From assembly GCA_963763775.1 (NCBI GenBank), contig CAVXPZ010000003.1, positions 352,001-416,000 on the forward strand: DNA of 64,000 nucleotides, written 5' to 3'. This document shows positions 61,517-64,000 of this stretch, piece after piece (within the stretch, counting starts at the first letter, position 1; every line of letters starts with the position of its first letter). Position numbers and translations under genes: made by a program. The notes beneath the pieces were generated by a model. That model was not told the origin of the DNA. It did no database searches and saw nothing but the letters and a program-made list of their open reading frames with translations. The DNA comes from an uncultured Chloroflexia bacterium (GTDB lineage Bacteria > Chloroflexota > Limnocylindria > Limnocylindrales > CSP1-4).

Positions 61517-61824
61517 TCAGACCGGCGGCGGGTCCTTGAGCTCCACGCCGATGACGACGAGGTCGTCCGACCCGGTGTTCTCGATGGTGTGCCGGGGCGT
61601 CCCCTCGGAGAACATTACGTGCGGCATGACCCAGTCCGGATCCGCGCTCGTGTCGAACATCGTCGCCCCGGTGTCGTCGCGGCGCACGAACCGCGACCCG
61701 GAGATATCGGCGTGGTGTCGCCCGCGCGGATCGTCGTCTCCAGGACGCGCACTCGTTCATTCTCGAACAGCACCCTGTGGTGGTCCGGCGCGGCCATCGG
61801 CCCGTCCTGGTCATCGGGTGGCAT
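61517..61824 (-). pseudogene. Cupin-like protein with internal deletion and frameshift near 61707
   Basis: HRVLFENERVRVLETTIRAGDTTP joins out of frame to ISGSRFVRRD..HTIENTG..VIGVELK; the expected HxH segment is absent. Confidence 0.62.
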
Positions 61825-61886
61825 CGGTGGTGCTCCTTCGTGACGTCCGTCGCAGCGGCCCCGGGAGAGCCTAGCGGGGTGCCCCC

Positions 61887-62711
61887 TCAGAGGTGCCGCA
61901 GGTAGGACTCGGGATCGCGCAGGAAATCGCGGGTCAGCGTGACGTGTTCGAGGTCCTCGTACGCGACTCGGGCGAGCGGCGCGGCATCGAAGCTCCAGAT
62001 CGCGGCGTCCGGGAAGGCGAGCAGGATCGGCGAATGGGTCGCCATCACCACCTGCACGTCTTGGGCGACCATGGCCTTGAGCAGGGAGAGGAACGACAGC
62101 TGCCGCGCCGGCGACAGCGGTGCCTCGGGTTCGTCGAGGAAGTAGATCCCGCCCGGGACGAGCCGCTCCTGGAAGAAGTGCAGGAAGCTCTCGCCGTGCG
62201 AACGGGTGTCGAGCCCGTCGCCATACCGCTCACGAAGCGCGGCGAGCTCGCGAAGCATCGGGCTGCGGGCGAGCGACCGCGCGTAGTCGGACGCATCGGC
62301 GAACTCCACGTCGACACGGCGGAGCTCCGCCTCGAGCCCGGCACGCGTCTCGTCCATCCGCTTCGCGTACCCGAAGAAGTCCTCCGCGCGAAGGAAGAAC
62401 CCACGGCTCGGCCGCTTCGCCCACGTCAGGCGGAGATCCGCCGCGAGGGCACGAGCCCCCGACAGGCTGGCGTCCGAGGCGGCCTCCGCGCTCCCGGCGG
62501 TGATGGCCCGGGCCGCGACGGCGAGCGCCTCGAGCAGCGTGGACTTCCCCGAGCCGTTCTCCCCCACGAGGATGGTGACCGGCGCCTCGAACGCGAGCTC
62601 GCGGACGCCGCGCAGTGCCGGGAGGTCGAACGGGAAGACCGTCGGCTCGTCGACGGCGCGAGCCCGGATCGCGACGCGGCGAAGGTGGATCACGTGCCGA
62701 TGGTGCCGCAT
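61887..62711 (-). CDS. Predicted ATPase (COG3910-like, AAA_21/ABC-type)
   Basis: FPFDLPA, GENGSGKST, FFLRAE, SHGESF, DEPEAPLSP, ATHSPILLAFP. Confidence 0.9.
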   Translation of the reverse strand: MRHHRHVIHLRRVAIRARAVDEPTVFPFDLPALRGVRELAFEAPVTILVGENGSGKSTLLEALAVAARAITAGSAEAASDASLSGARALAADLRLTWAKRPSRGFFLRAEDFFGYAKRMDETRAGLEAELRRVDVEFADASDYARSLARSPMLRELAALRERYGDGLDTRSHGESFLHFFQERLVPGGIYFLDEPEAPLSPARQLSFLSLLKAMVAQDVQVVMATHSPILLAFPDAAIWSFDAAPLARVAYEDLEHVTLTRDFLRDPESYLRHL

Positions 62712-62809
62712 CTCGGGTATCGTGGGGCGGCCCACTCCACCAACCCCACGTCGTTCTGGCACGGACCCGCGCCAGTCCTGCGCAACACCCCCGAGCATCG
62801 GGAGGAGCC

Positions 62810-64000
62810 ATGGACCACGAGCCCGTTCTCATCACGACCATCGCGGTCGGCCTCGTGGCCGCCTTCATCGGCGGTCTCATCGCGCGGCGCCTCGGGCTCC
62901 CGTCGATCGTCGGCTACATCCTCGCCGGCGTCGTCATCGGGCCGTTCACGCCGGGGCTGATCGCCGACCGCGGGATCGCCACCGAGCTCGCCGAGATCGG
63001 GATCATCCTCCTGATGTTCGGCGTGGGCATCGAGTTCTCGATCAAGGACCTCCTCGCCGTCCGCGCGATCGCCGTCCCCGGGGCCGTCGTCCAGACGGTC
63101 GTGGCGACGCTGCTCGGGATCGGCGTCGGCGTCGCCCTCGGCTGGGGGATCGGCGGCGGGCTCGTCCTGGGGATCGCGATCTCGGTCGCGAGCACCGTCG
63201 TCCTCCTGCGGGCGATGACCGATCGCCAGGAGCTCTACACCGCACAGGGTCGTATCGCGATCGGCTGGCTCATCGTCGAGGACCTCATGACCGTGGTGGT
63301 CCTCGTCGTGCTGCCCAGCATCGCGCCGATGCTCGGCGGCATCGAGTCTCCGACGGTCGCCGGCGACCTGGGCCTCGGTGCGGCCGGCGCGCTGCTGCTC
63401 GCGATCGGCAAGACCGCCCTCTTCGCGATCCTCATGGTCGTCGCGGGCGCCCGTCTCGTGCCGTGGCTGCTCACGTTCGTCGCCCGGCAGGGATCGCGCG
63501 AGCTGTTCACGCTCGCGGTCCTCGCGATCGCGCTCGGGATCGCGTTCGTCTCATCGGTCGTCTTCGGCGTGTCGTTCGCGCTCGGGGCATTCCTCGCGGG
63601 CGCTGTCGTCGCGGAGTCGGACATGAGCCACCAGGCGGCCGCCGACGCCCTGCCGCTCCGGGACGCGTTCGCCGTGCTGTTCTTCGTCTCGGTCGGGATG
63701 CTCGTGGACCCGGCGTACCTGCTCGCCAACCCGCTGCCGATCGTCGGCGTGCTCCTGGTGATCGTCGTCTCGAAGGCGTTGCTCAAGTTCGTGCTCGTCA
63801 CGATCGCCGGCTACCCGGTCCGGGTGAGCCTCACGGTCGCCGCCGGGCTCGCCCAGATCGGCGAGTTCTCGTTCATCCTCGGCACCGTCGGGCTCCAGCT
63901 CGGGCTCTTGCCGCCCGACGGCTTCCAGCTCATCGTGGCGGGCGCCCTGCTGTCCATCACCGTCAACCCGTTCCTGTTCGACGCGATCGGGCCGCTCGAG
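62810..64000 (+). CDS. CPA2 cation:proton antiporter (YbaL/RosB-like), runs off window
   Basis: GGAGG SD; MDHEPVLITTIAVGL..GYILAG..GPFTPG, STVV, LIVEDL, RDAFAVLFFVSVG, LAQIGEFSF. Confidence 0.92.
   Translation, partial: MDHEPVLITTIAVGLVAAFIGGLIARRLGLPSIVGYILAGVVIGPFTPGLIADRGIATELAEIGIILLMFGVGIEFSIKDLLAVRAIAVPGAVVQTVVATLLGIGVGVALGWGIGGGLVLGIAISVASTVVLLRAMTDRQELYTAQGRIAIGWLIVEDLMTVVVLVVLPSIAPMLGGIESPTVAGDLGLGAAGALLLAIGKTALFAILMVVAGARLVPWLLTFVARQGSRELFTLAVLAIALGIAFVSSVVFGVSFALGAFLAGAVVAESDMSHQAAADALPLRDAFAVLFFVSVGMLVDPAYLLANPLPIVGVLLVIVVSKALLKFVLVTIAGYPVRVSLTVAAGLAQIGEFSFILGTVGLQLGLLPPDGFQLIVAGALLSITVNPFLFDAIGPLE

Noticed and set aside
61470-64000. Prophage or integrative element at the tmRNA 3' end
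   Set aside because: No integrase, no duplicated tmRNA end and no phage genes noticed within the window

Overview
A high-GC bacterial chromosome segment, mostly core genes, apparently near the segregation locus. The gene set is reminiscent of Chloroflexota, but this is inference only. The left half (1-33.8 kb) is almost all minus strand: the F1Fo ATP synthase operon, three secreted or membrane Ig/PKD-repeat proteins (two share a ~98% identical 680-bp C-terminal block), a wecA-like gene, glyA, a MetE-like core enzyme, tsaC, a Cof hydrolase, prmC, a glycogen-debranching gene wedged between prfA and prmC, rpmE/rpmA/rplU, and mreD-mrdA-rodA. Two parS sites at ~34.0 kb mark the orientation switch, and a third lies inside tsaC. 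The right half is mostly plus strand: parAB-gyrB-(PaaI, AlkD-like)-gyrA-prs-secA, a 74-aa double-CX3CX2C protein abutting prfB (programmed +1 frameshift), ftsEX, an S41 protease, a small promoter-to-terminator unit, smpB, a cassette with a strongly divergent urease-like enzyme without ureDEFG plus MFS/Fur/NiCoT-type genes, and tmRNA. Many single-base frameshifts, including in normally essential genes, look like long-read or assembly errors. The best novelty candidates are the divergent urease-like cluster, the Cys-rich prfB-coupled protein, the 16-aa/sRNA unit with its 27-bp operator, and a leaderless/uORF-coupled expression style. All coordinates and counts were derived by eye.
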